This document shows positions 26,347-36,554 of a DNA stretch of 64,000 bases, piece by piece (position 1 is the stretch's first letter; every line of letters starts with the position of its first letter). Below the pieces are notes generated by a model, which made no database searches, was not told the origin of the DNA, and saw nothing but the letters and a program-made list of their open reading frames with translations. Made by a program: the position numbers and the translations under genes. The stretch is taken from positions 713-64,712 of IMG/VR virus record IMGVR_UViG_3300047160_035978; one strand, given 5' to 3'. Source of the stretch: a virus (Duplodnaviria > Caudoviricetes).

Positions 26347-27294
26347 TTAGCCGAGCGAGCTCATGTGGGTGGCGACCTTGACCAGTTCACCCGCAGCACC
26401 GGACGACACCGCATAGAACGCGGTTTCGGTGTTGGTGGTGGAGGTCATCGCCTCCGAGGCGACGGTCTGGGTGAGGTTGACGATGTAGGTGCCGGCGCCG
26501 CCGGTGCCCGTGCCCAAGGCGGTGATGGTGGTTCCAGCGGACACGCCTGCACCACCGACCACGCCGCCGACCTCGATGGTGCCGGTGACGGCCGAGGCCG
26601 TCAGGGTGCCGTAGGTGCCGGAGATCGTGGTGGAGGCGACGGTCTGCTCGCTCGGGGTCACCGCGTAGGTGCCGATGCCGCCGGCGGTGCCGGACAGCTG
26701 CGAGACCACGGAGCTGCCCGAGGCGACACCGGTGCCGGAGATCGCGGCGCCCGGAACGATGGTGCCGGAACCGACCGCGGTCACCGTCATCACGTTGCCG
26801 CTGATCGAGCCGGTCACCGAGAAGGTGTTGGCAGCGATGGCACCGGTGAACGAAGCGCTGGACGGCGAATTCGTGGCAGCGAAGCTGAGCTTGCCGGTCG
26901 CGAAGTCGGCATAGGCCTTCTGGCCGTACTGCGCCTGGGTCGAGCCTTCGTTCTTCACCCACAGGCCGCCGCGGCTGATCAGTTCCAGCTGGAAGCCCTG
27001 CGGGATCACCATGGAGGCGTCGGCCAGGTACTGGGTGATCAGGCCCTGCTGGCGACGCGGAACGATACCGGCGATGGCGCCGGAACCGAAGTTGTTGACG
27101 ATGATGGGCGCGTTGTCGGGGTCGATCAGGCTGGACGACAGCCAGGCAGCGCGGCCGACAGTGACGCCAGCGGCGCCAGCAACGAGGCCACCGGGGCCAG
27201 CGTTGACCGAAACGCGGGGATTGGAATCGGCGAAATCACCCGCAACGGCCGGTGCCGGCTGAGTGTTCACCGCGGTTTGGAAGCCACCGGACAT
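26347..27294 (-). CDS. Head decoration/cement protein with internal duplicated insert
   Basis: GFQTAVNTQPAPAVAGDFADSNP; two similar units (..ISGTGVASG..GTAGGIGTY / ..GAGVSAGT..GTGGAGTY). Confidence 0.75.
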   Translation of the reverse strand: MSGGFQTAVNTQPAPAVAGDFADSNPRVSVNAGPGGLVAGAAGVTVGRAAWLSSSLIDPDNAPIIVNNFGSGAIAGIVPRRQQGLITQYLADASMVIPQGFQLELISRGGLWVKNEGSTQAQYGQKAYADFATGKLSFAATNSPSSASFTGAIAANTFSVTGSISGNVMTVTAVGSGTIVPGAAISGTGVASGSSVVSQLSGTAGGIGTYAVTPSEQTVASTTISGTYGTLTASAVTGTIEVGGVVGGAGVSAGTTITALGTGTGGAGTYIVNLTQTVASEAMTSTTNTETAFYAVSSGAAGELVKVATHMSSLG

Positions 27295-27321
27295 GGAACT
27301 TTCTCCTGAAGGGGTGGTGGA

Positions 27322-28113
27322 TTACTGCAGGCCGATGCGCTTGGCGTCGGGGTAACGTTCGAAGAAGCCCTTCGCGCCGGCGGCATCTGCGGCGAGGGTC
27401 TCCTTCTTCTTGGTCTTGGCGCCCGGCTGCGGCTGGGCATCGAGCAGGGCGCGGTAGGCCGACGGGTGGATGCCATCGGTCTTCACGCCCAGGGCGGTCA
27501 GCGCGGCCTTGTAGACGCCGTCGGCGCTGTCCTGCGCCTGGGCCAGGTCACCGACCCACGGACGCACGGCGCGCTCGGCGTCGCGGATCTCCTGGGCGTT
27601 CTTGGCCGCGTCCTTGCGGACCTGCGCCAGGGCGGCGTCCATCGCACCCTTGGTGACATGCTCTTCATCGGGCTTCTTCGCGGCGCCCTGGGTCTGCGGC
27701 GGCTCATCCGAGGCGCCTTCGCCCTTGCAGAGCTTCTCGACCTCGGCCAGGTCGGTCTCGCTGAGCTTGCCCTTGAGGAAGGCCATCAGCTTGGCGTGGT
27801 CGCTGTCCATGGCCTCCATATCCATCGGCAGGCCGGTGTTCGGGTCGGTGTCGGCGCCTTCGGCGACCTCGACCCCCTCGAGCGCGTCGAGCAGCTGCGC
27901 GACGTCCTCGATGTTGGCGTCCTTCGCCAGCTTGTCCTTCGTGGCGGCTTTGATGGCGGTGACTATGCCGCCCTTCTTTTCCTTGAAGTTCTTGGCCGAC
28001 AGGCCTTCGAATACGGGGGCCAGGTCGATCTTGGCGTCCTGGGCGAGCTTCGGCGCGAGGTAAGCCTTCAGGGCACCCTCGGCGAACACTGCTTTGCGCG
28101 ACAGCACTTTCAT
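27322..28113 (-). CDS. Scaffolding-like protein (C-terminal DUF2213-type half as separate gene)
   Basis: ATG 28113 with GGAGA; LAQDA, AERAVRPWVGDLA, GIHPSAYRAL. Confidence 0.7.
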   Translation of the reverse strand: MKVLSRKAVFAEGALKAYLAPKLAQDAKIDLAPVFEGLSAKNFKEKKGGIVTAIKAATKDKLAKDANIEDVAQLLDALEGVEVAEGADTDPNTGLPMDMEAMDSDHAKLMAFLKGKLSETDLAEVEKLCKGEGASDEPPQTQGAAKKPDEEHVTKGAMDAALAQVRKDAAKNAQEIRDAERAVRPWVGDLAQAQDSADGVYKAALTALGVKTDGIHPSAYRALLDAQPQPGAKTKKKETLAADAAGAKGFFERYPDAKRIGLQ

Positions 28114-28183
28114 TGATGAATCTCCGTATGGACGGGGTGTTGTGAGGCGAGGCCACAGGCCCCATCCTCGGATGAGAAACGGC

Positions 28184-29644
28184 TCAGCCGAAGCGGCTGA
28201 AGTCGTAGCGGTTGTTGAAGGCGTTGAAGCCCCAGCCGAGCTGCAGAGCGGAGTCGGCCACCACCACGTCAGGGCCGGCACGGCCTTCGCGCACCAGAGC
28301 GACGTGGTTGCCGACGATGTCCCGCATGACGCCGTCGTAGGGCTTGCCCTCAAACGTGCCAGGGGTCATATCGGCGCGGTAGCTGTAGGCGCAGGACAGT
28401 TCCTTGACCTGCTCCTTTTCATCTTCGGTCTCGATGCCGTTGATGGCCGGAGCCGTCCAGATCGCTAGGCTGTTCTGCAGGTGCGGCTCGTTGAACTCGG
28501 CCTCGCTGCCGGTGGTGCCAACCACAATCATGTGGTCGTGGTCTTCGGCGGAGACCTTCTGGTGCTTGGAAAGCACCGGCAGGTTGTTGAAGGTCGCGGC
28601 ACCCTTCGCCAGCTCCGCCGGATCGCGCAGCAGGTAGTAGACCTTGGTCGAGTCTAGGCCGAGTTCCTGCCACTTCGGGATCTCGTTGCCGCGGTAGGGA
28701 TTCACCGTGGCCTTGCTGATGTTGGAAGCCTTGATGTGGAGCCGGCCGTCCTTGTCCTTAGTGCGCACCGACTCGCGATCGAAGGCGATCAACGCGGAGT
28801 CCTGCGCGCCGCCGAACTTGCGTTCCCGGATCGAGTCGGCGTGCTTGGCCAGATCCTCGTGGCCATGCATGCGAGCCTCGCGTGCCGCGGCCAGCAGCAG
28901 GTCGCGGCTGTAGATCCAGGCGCCGTCCTTCATGGCCTTGACCGGATACTTCCGGGTGGCCGGCTGTAGGAAGGCCGAAGCGGGCATGCTGGCGCGCTCC
29001 TTGGCGGTGCGGTCGGCCTCGGCGCTCTCCTTCTCGTTCAGCTTGCCATGCTCGTCATCCTCGGCGTGCTCGCCCTCGGCCTCTTCCTCGCGGGTCCACT
29101 TGGCGAAGCCGCTGCGTAGCGCTTCCCACTCTTCGTGGTCCATGTCCTCGGCCATGCCGAGGCGGTTGTTGAGCATCTTGCCGAGGGCCGGATGGAGCGG
29201 CTGCGGCAGGCGCTCCATCGACACCCAGGCATAGCCGCAGTGCTCGTCGTTGAGCTTTGGCGCGAACTTGTCCGCTGGCTGGGCGAAGGTATGGAAGGCC
29301 ATGCCGGTCGGGGTGACGACGCTGTCGAGCAGCTTGGCGACACCCTTTGGCGTAGCGCCCAGCTCTTCCTCGGCCTCGCGCTGCGCAGTCTGGATCGGGG
29401 TCTCGCCGGCCTCGCCCTTGCCGCCGGGGAGCGCCCAGTGGTTGGCGTAGTTCTTCTCGGTGGCCGAGCGCAGCAGCACCAGGATGTCGCCATCCGGCGC
29501 GACGAACAGCACGCCGGCGGCGTGGCCCTTCGTGGCGTCCTTGGCGATGAATTCCTCGCCGACCTTCTTCGGGATGCCCAGGCGCGACTTTCCCTCAGCG
29601 GCGGCATACATCGCGCGGCGCTGGGCGTCGGAGACTGCTGGCAC
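28184..29644 (-). CDS. Prohead protease (DUF2213) fused to an N-terminal NUDIX hydrolase
   Basis: Nudix box [23 protein letters not shown]; DUF2213 motifs [27 protein letters not shown]. Confidence 0.85.
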   Translation of the reverse strand: MPAVSDAQRRAMYAAAEGKSRLGIPKKVGEEFIAKDATKGHAAGVLFVAPDGDILVLLRSATEKNYANHWALPGGKGEAGETPIQTAQREAEEELGATPKGVAKLLDSVVTPTGMAFHTFAQPADKFAPKLNDEHCGYAWVSMERLPQPLHPALGKMLNNRLGMAEDMDHEEWEALRSGFAKWTREEEAEGEHAEDDEHGKLNEKESAEADRTAKERASMPASAFLQPATRKYPVKAMKDGAWIYSRDLLLAAAREARMHGHEDLAKHADSIRERKFGGAQDSALIAFDRESVRTKDKDGRLHIKASNISKATVNPYRGNEIPKWQELGLDSTKVYYLLRDPAELAKGAATFNNLPVLSKHQKVSAEDHDHMIVVGTTGSEAEFNEPHLQNSLAIWTAPAINGIETEDEKEQVKELSCAYSYRADMTPGTFEGKPYDGVMRDIVGNHVALVREGRAGPDVVVADSALQLGWGFNAFNNRYDFSRFG

Positions 29645-29645
29645 G

Positions 29646-30140
29646 TTAGGCGGCCGGTTGCAGATCGGCAGTGGCCGGAGCCTGGCCGCTGGATGCCTCT
29701 TCGGCGGGCGCGGCCGGCGCTTCCGGCGGAGCGGCCTTCAGTGCGGCCAGCTCCTGGCGCAGGCGCTCGACTTCGGCACCACTGACTTCCAGCTTCGCCG
29801 CAGCGTTGGCGATCTGCGCGAGGAAGTCGGCCGCAGCGTCTTGGTTGATCTTCGCCTCGGCTGCGAGCTTCTGCTCGAGGCCGGAGGCATGCTCGGTCAG
29901 AGCGCCGATCTGCGCGCGCAGTGCCTGCGTATCCTCGGCCGACCCCGGTGCGGCTGAAGATCCGTCGACGTTGGCGAAGGCGTCCTTGAGGCGCCGGCTT
30001 AACACCAGCACCAGGTCGGGCTCGCCGCTGATGGACCGCAGGTAATCGGCCAGCTCGTTGGCCAGGACCTGCACGCCGCGCAGCGGCACCGTGCTGTAGG
30101 TCTTGATCGCCTCGACCACGTCGCTGATGTTCTGGTTCAT
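29646..30140 (-). CDS. Hypothetical coiled-coil protein
   Basis: Co-oriented ORF filling gap between gpF-like gene and protease. Confidence 0.6.
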   Translation of the reverse strand: MNQNISDVVEAIKTYSTVPLRGVQVLANELADYLRSISGEPDLVLVLSRRLKDAFANVDGSSAAPGSAEDTQALRAQIGALTEHASGLEQKLAAEAKINQDAAADFLAQIANAAAKLEVSGAEVERLRQELAALKAAPPEAPAAPAEEASSGQAPATADLQPAA

Positions 30141-30163
30141 CGTTGATCCTGTTGGAGAATCGT

Positions 30164-30910
30164 TCACAGTTTCGGCAGCACCGGCTCCGGATGGCACCGG
30201 CAGTTGTAGTCCTCGCCGGCGTGCACACGGCGTCCTTCGAGCTCAGGGCGCTGAGCCCATGGCACGAACTTGCCCTCCATTCGGCGGTGGCTTTCGCGCA
30301 CGCTGCCGTCGCGGGAGGTCCGCCAGATGTAGCCCGGCGAGCCGACGGCGACGGCGCGGGCTTCGACCAGCGCGGTCGACGAGGTGCCGACCTGTGTGCG
30401 CGCCAGACGGGCGGCGCTGCTGGCCGAGACCTCGCCGCTGCGCATGATCTCCTTGGCGATCTCGGAGGCACGGGAGCCGTTCAGCATCGCCTCGACGGTC
30501 AGATGCTGGATGCGCTCGCCGGCGTCGATCGGCAGGCCCTTGATCAGCCCGACCTGCGCCTCGACCAGGTTCTGGTAGACGCCACCGACGGGCGTCTCCA
30601 GGATCTCGCGGCGCAGTAGGCGGCTGATGTCGGCGCTGTGCGACTTCCAGGCCCGCAGGTTCCGGCGCTCGACATCGGCGACCATGCGCTCGGCGATGCG
30701 GCGCCCCCAAGGGCCAAGCATCTCGGCGTAGACCGAGAGCTCGCGCATCAAGGCAGCTACGGCGCCAGGGTCGGCGATCAGTACCTCAGGGCCATACGAG
30801 CCAATGACTTGGCCGATGGTCCTAGCGATCGGCCCTAGCTGGCGCCGGTACTGCGCTTCGGCGTTACGAACCCGGGCGAAGGGGTTACCGCGGTTGTCGT
30901 CAGCGGCCAT
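30164..30910 (-). CDS. Head morphogenesis protein (Mu gpF / SPP1 gp7 family)
   Basis: YIWRTSRDGSVRESH...NCRC. Confidence 0.9.
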   Translation of the reverse strand: MAADDNRGNPFARVRNAEAQYRRQLGPIARTIGQVIGSYGPEVLIADPGAVAALMRELSVYAEMLGPWGRRIAERMVADVERRNLRAWKSHSADISRLLRREILETPVGGVYQNLVEAQVGLIKGLPIDAGERIQHLTVEAMLNGSRASEIAKEIMRSGEVSASSAARLARTQVGTSSTALVEARAVAVGSPGYIWRTSRDGSVRESHRRMEGKFVPWAQRPELEGRRVHAGEDYNCRCHPEPVLPKL

Positions 30911-32427
30911 CAGGCCGCCTTGGCCAGCTCCGGCCGGCCCTTCTTGAGCTCGGCACGCAGTGCCTTCTCGTCAGGTGGCTGCGGCAGCTCATCGACCTTC
31001 AGGCCGGCGTAGGGCGACTCTGGATCCGCGGCCACGCGCCGGCGGGAGTCTTCAGCGGTGACAGAGCCGATGTCGAACAGCGTCGAGTCGGTCTCGGCCC
31101 GCAGCTTGTCGACCTCGGCCTTGCCCTTCTCGTCGAGGGCCCACAGCGGCTCGAAGATGAAGCCGATGGCCGGATCGACTTCGCCCCACAGCGACAACTG
31201 GGCGAAGGCGATCACCTTCTGAAGATTCGGCCGGAAGAACAGTTCCTGATAGGCGTGGATCCAGTCATAGAACGCCCGGATCTCGCCTTCGGAGGAGGCG
31301 TTCAGGCCGGTCGGCGTGATGCCCAGCAGGAACACCAGCGGGATGCCGCTGACCGCCGCCATGTGCTCCTGCGCCTGCGCCTGCAGGGCATCCAGGGTGC
31401 CGAGTGGCGCGGCGACGTTGTCGAAATCCTCCGTGTTCTTGTCGACCACGAAGGTGCCGCGGTTGTTGCGCAGCTCGTTGAACAGGTCGACGCGGTTGTA
31501 GATGTTGTTGGCTTCGTTGTTGTTGATCTGCTCCGGCAACTGGGTCTTGAAGACCATGACCGAGAAAGCCTCGATCAGGTCCGACACCGACTGCCTGGTG
31601 CGCAGCCAGTTGTCGACGTAGGGCTTCGCCATCTGCGACAGCGACAGGCCGCCGAAGCTGTACGCCGGCTTCAGCAGGTCCGGCACCTCGCGACCGATGA
31701 ACGTCAGCAGGCGGGAGGCATGGATCTCCTTGCCCATCACGAACCACTGCTGCGGCCGGTACCAGTCCGGCTTCAGCGGGTCGTTGCTGTTGTAGTTGGT
31801 CGGGTAGGTCCAGACCGCCTCGACGCTGCGGAGGCGCTTCAGCGATCCCTTGCCGATCTTCTGCTTGCTGAGGTCATTATCGCCGGTGCCGATCGGCTTT
31901 TTGAGCTCTTCCCGATCATCGGTATTGCCGAAGTCGAGATAGACATGGGAGCGGCCGAAGAATCCATCCTGCTCGGCAGCCTCGCGGAACACCTCGCGCA
32001 CGTTGAGGCGCTTCAGCTCGTCCTCGAGCTGCTTGATCTTGTCGGTCTTGTCTTCGGCGCCGCTGGCGGCCTGGAGCTTGATCCAGCGCCGCGTCATCTG
32101 CGTGGCGATGGTCTCACTGATGCGGCGGTACTCCGGCCGCTGCGCCAGGATCGCCAGTTCGGTGTAACCGAGGAAGGTCTGCCCCTCGGCGAAGGCGCCC
32201 AGCATGGAGGCGTTGACGGCGCCGGCGGCCCAGGTGAGGGACTCGCCAATGGCCTCGTCCTGCGCCAGGCCGTTGTCCTTCGGTGCCACACCCGGCGGAT
32301 GCTGGGGCACGGCGAAGTACTGTGGCTGCGCTTTGGCCTTGGGCCTCTTCGCCTTGGCGGCCAGAACCGCGCCCATCTCGACTCGGCGTGGCTGCCGCGG
32401 CTTGACTGCTGCTTGGCCTTTCTTCAT
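30910..32427 (-). CDS. Portal protein (DUF1073)
   Basis: GYTELAILAQRPEYR, LKPAYSFGGLSL, GITPTGLNASSEGEIR. Confidence 0.9.
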   Translation of the reverse strand: MKKGQAAVKPRQPRRVEMGAVLAAKAKRPKAKAQPQYFAVPQHPPGVAPKDNGLAQDEAIGESLTWAAGAVNASMLGAFAEGQTFLGYTELAILAQRPEYRRISETIATQMTRRWIKLQAASGAEDKTDKIKQLEDELKRLNVREVFREAAEQDGFFGRSHVYLDFGNTDDREELKKPIGTGDNDLSKQKIGKGSLKRLRSVEAVWTYPTNYNSNDPLKPDWYRPQQWFVMGKEIHASRLLTFIGREVPDLLKPAYSFGGLSLSQMAKPYVDNWLRTRQSVSDLIEAFSVMVFKTQLPEQINNNEANNIYNRVDLFNELRNNRGTFVVDKNTEDFDNVAAPLGTLDALQAQAQEHMAAVSGIPLVFLLGITPTGLNASSEGEIRAFYDWIHAYQELFFRPNLQKVIAFAQLSLWGEVDPAIGFIFEPLWALDEKGKAEVDKLRAETDSTLFDIGSVTAEDSRRRVAADPESPYAGLKVDELPQPPDEKALRAELKKGRPELAKAA

Positions 32428-33887
32428 CTGCGCCTCACAGCCATGGTTCGGTTCAGGACGGAAGGGGCGACGACGATGGGGCCTCTCCGCTTCGCGGCGA
32501 GCACCCGATATCGCACCGCGTCGTAGATGTGATCCTCGGCCGCGGTGTCGACGTCATCCGGATCGCGCGGGTCGCGCGGGAGCACTGGCAACTGCGCGAT
32601 GGCGCTGCGGCAGTGCTCCATGATGAAAAGCGCCGGATCTTCCGGGTGGTCCTTGCCGGCCTCTTCCAGGCGCGCGCGCAGAAGCTCCAGGCCGATGGTG
32701 CGCGTGCCCGGCGCCTTGTCGCTCTCGGTCCAGACGATACCCTCCGCCTTCATCTCATCGGCGATGGTCGGCGTATCAGGATTGGAGACGGCGGAAATCT
32801 GGTTGTCTGCTGGGCCTGGGGCCGGCTTCTTGGCCACCCACGAGCCTTCAATGAGCTTCTTTTCCCGCTCAAGGATCCCGGCGGCGATCTTGCGCGGCCC
32901 TAGCTTCAGGCCTTTGTTCGGGCCGCTGGCGCCGTACCATTCGTGCACCAGAATCAGCGAGCCGCGCGGGGGGCACCAGGCCTGGCCGCTGGGCAGTTTC
33001 GCCTCGGTGCCGTCCGCCTCCGCCCACCAGCACACCGAGAACGGATGGCTGGAGCCCCAGTCGAAGGACCGATCAACCCGCCAGGTCGGCGGGATAGCGA
33101 AACGCGCCACCTCGATGCGCTTGCTCCAGACGTCATCGAGCGCGCCGCCGGCGACAATGTTCCAGTCGCCCTCGCGCATCGCCTTGACCAGTTCGGCACT
33201 GCCGAGGCCGGAGAGGCGGTCGACGTAGTTCGGGTCGTTCTCGACCAGCGTCGGGTTGTCGTCGAGCCGCGCCGGGATGAACTGGCGGCGCATGCCGCCC
33301 TCGTCCTTCGCCGCGGTGAACATCTGTAGCGCCGGCGCCGGTGAGATGAAGTCCGCCTTGACCCAGTTGTGACCAATGCCGCCCGGGTTCGCCCCGCACA
33401 AGACTCGGGGGAAGCAGTCCTTGTAGGGCTGTGGGACTTTCAAGCCGCCGAGGCGCACGCGGCCGCGGAGATATGTGTACATCGCCTTCGGCCACTGAGT
33501 CAGCTCGTCGATCATCAGGACGTGAATTTCAGCGCCCTGGTAGTCGTAGACATCCTTCTCGTGCTGGCAGTGGCAGAGGTGAATCTTGCTACCGTTCGGG
33601 AACCTAATCTGCCCGGGGCTGCTGTAGATGATTTGGGCCTGGCCCGTGTTGGTCCAGGGCGCCAGCAGGGCGGGGAATGACCCCGGACCCTCCATGTGGT
33701 TCTTCCACAGGTCCGGATAGGTCCGGCGGAAGATGTAAACCTGCAGGCCGGGAATGGCCGTGCACCACGAAATCGCCGCGACTCGGAACAGGTGGGACTT
33801 GCCGCCGCCGGCCGCGCCGCCGTACAGGATCTCGGTCGCCTTGCTGAGGAATGCCTCACCCTGCTTGCGGTGCAGGCGCAGCTGCAT
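32424..33887 (-). CDS. terL: Terminase large subunit
   Basis: Walker A YGGAAGGGKS, Walker B LMIDELTQ, nuclease DWG..., EDHIYDAVRY. Confidence 0.95.
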   Translation of the reverse strand: MQLRLHRKQGEAFLSKATEILYGGAAGGGKSHLFRVAAISWCTAIPGLQVYIFRRTYPDLWKNHMEGPGSFPALLAPWTNTGQAQIIYSSPGQIRFPNGSKIHLCHCQHEKDVYDYQGAEIHVLMIDELTQWPKAMYTYLRGRVRLGGLKVPQPYKDCFPRVLCGANPGGIGHNWVKADFISPAPALQMFTAAKDEGGMRRQFIPARLDDNPTLVENDPNYVDRLSGLGSAELVKAMREGDWNIVAGGALDDVWSKRIEVARFAIPPTWRVDRSFDWGSSHPFSVCWWAEADGTEAKLPSGQAWCPPRGSLILVHEWYGASGPNKGLKLGPRKIAAGILEREKKLIEGSWVAKKPAPGPADNQISAVSNPDTPTIADEMKAEGIVWTESDKAPGTRTIGLELLRARLEEAGKDHPEDPALFIMEHCRSAIAQLPVLPRDPRDPDDVDTAAEDHIYDAVRYRVLAAKRRGPIVVAPSVLNRTMAVRRR

Positions 33888-34347
33888 CTTGGCCCTCGAT
33901 CACCACTTGCAGCGTGGCCGGCCCCAGCGCCAGGTCCTTGCCGCCGGCGCCGGTCAACTCGCGGCGGTTGGTGTAGGCGTTGCCCGATTCCTTTGCCGCC
34001 TGCTCGAGCAACTGGGCGGCCAGCGCGAGATTGCCGCGACCCTCCGCCTTCTCGGCCATGCGATGCAGCGAGCGCAAGCGCATGGATTTGTTGGCGATGC
34101 CGATCTTGGAGGAGTCCTCCAGGAACTCTTTGCGGGTGGCTTCGAACAGGGCGCGCCACTTGTCCGACAGGTTGCGGCCGGCCCGCTTGGTCGGGTCGTA
34201 GGCCTCGACCGACTGCGGTTTGATCGAGACGGCGAATTCCTTCCTGACCGCTTCGGCGACCACGCCGGGCGAATCCCAGCAGGCCAGGGCCATGACGATG
34301 TAGGCCCGGCCCTCATCGGTCAGCTTCGAGTTCGGTTTTCCGGCCAT
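33856..34347 (-). CDS. terS: Terminase small subunit (DUF2280)
   Basis: IVMALACWDSP, YDPTKRAGRNLSDKW, LEQAAKE. Confidence 0.9.
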   Translation of the reverse strand: MAGKPNSKLTDEGRAYIVMALACWDSPGVVAEAVRKEFAVSIKPQSVEAYDPTKRAGRNLSDKWRALFEATRKEFLEDSSKIGIANKSMRLRSLHRMAEKAEGRGNLALAAQLLEQAAKESGNAYTNRRELTGAGGKDLALGPATLQVVIEGQDAAAPAPQAG

Positions 34348-34374
34348 CAGGATGTCCTCAGCCCTTGTCGGGTC

Positions 34375-35022
34375 TTAGGCCGCCCTCAGCTGGCACGTCC
34401 CGCAAGCCCTCGCAATGTCGATTCCAGCCACTTCCGGCCGGGTGTTGGCGGCGGCGACCAGTTCGGCCAGCCGGCCCTTTACTGCCCCGTAGCGACGGAC
34501 CACTCCGACGAATTCCTCGACGTCATGTCCGCGAATGGTCAGCTTGGGCTGGCCTTCCTTGGTGAACATCGGGGCGCCGTAGCTGTCGCGCTTCTGGGCA
34601 ATGTGGTACAGCTCGTGTTCGGCCAGGGCCAGGAACTCGGCATCGGAGCATTGCCGGCAGTAACTGGCGTCCAGGGTGATCAGGAAGGCTGGCACTCGGC
34701 CGAACCATTCCGTGAACTGCTGTTCCTGACGGCCGCGCTGCCAGGCGTTGCAGCGGAAGGTCAGTTCCTCGGCGGTGCCCAGCACCAGGTTGCCTTGGCG
34801 CTCGAAGCCGCTGGCGGCCCATAGGGCGGCTACATCCGCCTCAAGCAGATGCGCATGGTCCGGGTTGTGCAGGCGGCCGTTCGGGTCGATGACCAGCTCG
34901 ACCAGCCACGCCCAGACGTCCATGGCCGGGGCGAAGCTCTTGGGGAAACTGCCGTCTTCCCCGAACTGGCCCAGACGCTCCGGCGGCATTGGCCGGTTGG
35001 ATTTCAGGCGGCTGGGCCTCAC
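34375..35022 (-). CDS. Putative phage metallopeptidase
   Basis: EHELYH and GHDVEEFVGVVRRYG. Confidence 0.85.
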   Translation of the reverse strand: MRPSRLKSNRPMPPERLGQFGEDGSFPKSFAPAMDVWAWLVELVIDPNGRLHNPDHAHLLEADVAALWAASGFERQGNLVLGTAEELTFRCNAWQRGRQEQQFTEWFGRVPAFLITLDASYCRQCSDAEFLALAEHELYHIAQKRDSYGAPMFTKEGQPKLTIRGHDVEEFVGVVRRYGAVKGRLAELVAAANTRPEVAGIDIARACGTCQLRAA

Positions 35023-35333
35023 CCGTGGTGCTCGCGGGTGGGCGCCGGCGTCAGGTCGACGTAATACTCGCCGCCCTCTTCGAACATGGCGTGCGCAGCC
35101 TCATTTACCACGTACATGGAGAACGAGGCCGACGGCGTCCACTGGCCGAAGAGCTTGTTTTCTTCGCAGCTTTGCTGGTAGCTGACGAACTTGCCGTCCT
35201 GGTCCAGCGTGGCGCCGTGAACGGCGGTGAAGGTCAGCGATGCGCCCTGGACGGTATTGCCGTCGTCCAGGTGGTGCGGGTGCAGGGTCTTGGAGGTGCA
35301 GCGCAGCTTGCAGCGGACTTTTTCAACGGACAT
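35019..35333 (-). CDS. Conserved hypothetical phage protein
   Basis: KVRCKLRC..., EENKLFGQWTPSASFSM, EYYVDLTPA. Confidence 0.65.
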   Translation of the reverse strand: MSVEKVRCKLRCTSKTLHPHHLDDGNTVQGASLTFTAVHGATLDQDGKFVSYQQSCEENKLFGQWTPSASFSMYVVNEAAHAMFEEGGEYYVDLTPAPTREHHG

Positions 35334-35464
35334 GGCGATACTCCTTCGGTGAGTTGATGGCGTATCGCCTGGCGCCGTCGCTGCGGGGCCTCGCGACATC
35401 TCGGAATAAAAGCGCCGGAAAGCCCGGCGCGCCCCTCGCCAACTGGCAGGACAGGGGTGAAACG

Positions 35465-35491
35465 AAAAACCCCGCACTGGGCGGGGTTTTT
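35465..35491. terminator. Bidirectional hairpin terminator downstream of Q-like gene
   Basis: AAAAACCCCGC-ACTGG-GCGGGGTTTTT. Confidence 0.75.
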
Positions 35492-35517
35492 GACTTTCCT
35501 CCGGGCAAGCGCTGCCC

Positions 35518-35976
35518 TCAGGCAGCAAGCTCGTCAGGAAATGACGGTAGGTCGGTCTTCTTCTGCCGGTTATATGGGCTTTTGTTCCGGAGTGCAAGTG
35601 CCTCCTGGTGCTCCAGCAGTCGCAGGCTGTTGCCGAGGTCCAGCAGGCAGCGCTGGTTGAAGGATTCGAGCAGCGCGGGCCGCAGCTGGACGGCCTTGGC
35701 GATCTTCTTGACCGGGCTGCGCCGGACGTACCAGAGGCGCAGGAAGACGCGCTCCAGCGGGTAGGGGATCGCCTGGTAGGCGCGCTCCAGCAGTTCGGCG
35801 TCGCGCTCGTCGATCGGCGCCCTGGCCCCCGCGGCGGCCTTCTGCTCGTCCGGTCGCGGCGGGACGTAGAAGCGCTCGGCGCTGGCGCAGGTCATCTGCG
35901 GGTCGCCGTCGGAGCGCGCCCAACGGGCCCAGTTGTCGATGCGGTCAAGCAGCGGCTTTTGGCTTGTCTTTGCCAT
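35518..35976 (-). CDS. Late-gene regulator (Q-like antiterminator)
   Basis: LDRIDNWARW; C-terminal HTH-like segment; last gene before the late operon. Confidence 0.6.
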   Translation of the reverse strand: MAKTSQKPLLDRIDNWARWARSDGDPQMTCASAERFYVPPRPDEQKAAAGARAPIDERDAELLERAYQAIPYPLERVFLRLWYVRRSPVKKIAKAVQLRPALLESFNQRCLLDLGNSLRLLEHQEALALRNKSPYNRQKKTDLPSFPDELAA

Positions 35977-36554
35977 GGGTTTCCTTTGTGCGCTTGCAGC
36001 AGGCGCTGCACTTCTTGCGTTTCCGGCTCATCAGCGCGAAGCCGGTGCCGACTGGCTTCCGCTTCGAGCACCAGCAGCAGTAGAACGTCGCCTCGGGCGC
36101 CTGGCGGATGGCCTCGCGGAGCTTCATGCGGCCCTCCCGACCACGCGCCACTCCGCCATCTCGCCGCCGAATAGCGCTTGGCCGATCACGGTTCTGGCCA
36201 GCCCCGGATGCCGCCATGGTCGGTCATAGACGATCTGCGCCGCGCCTGGCTTCGAGCACTCCACGCGCGCATCAGGCCGGCCGCCCGCGATATATCGGAT
36301 GTGGTCGCCTGTTCGCATGGCGCTCACCATGGCAGCTTGGCGCGCTCGCGCGCCGCAACGTCGATGGGGCGCCGTGGGTCCGGTGCGTTGACCGACCCCT
36401 CGTGCTCGTGGTCGAAACATTCGGTGGACGAGCACCACTCGCCGGGCCCGTCATGCGTGAATTTGACGTAGTAGCCGTAGCAGCCGGCCGGCGCGGTGAT
36501 CTCGCCCCAGCCCTTCTTGGGGACGAAGACGCGATCTCCGATTTCGAAGCTCAT
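35945..36554 (-). other. Three small hypothetical genes (36324-36554, 36124-36327, 35945-36127; last is Cys-rich)
   Basis: Chain of ATGA/GTGA start-stop overlaps. Confidence 0.55.
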
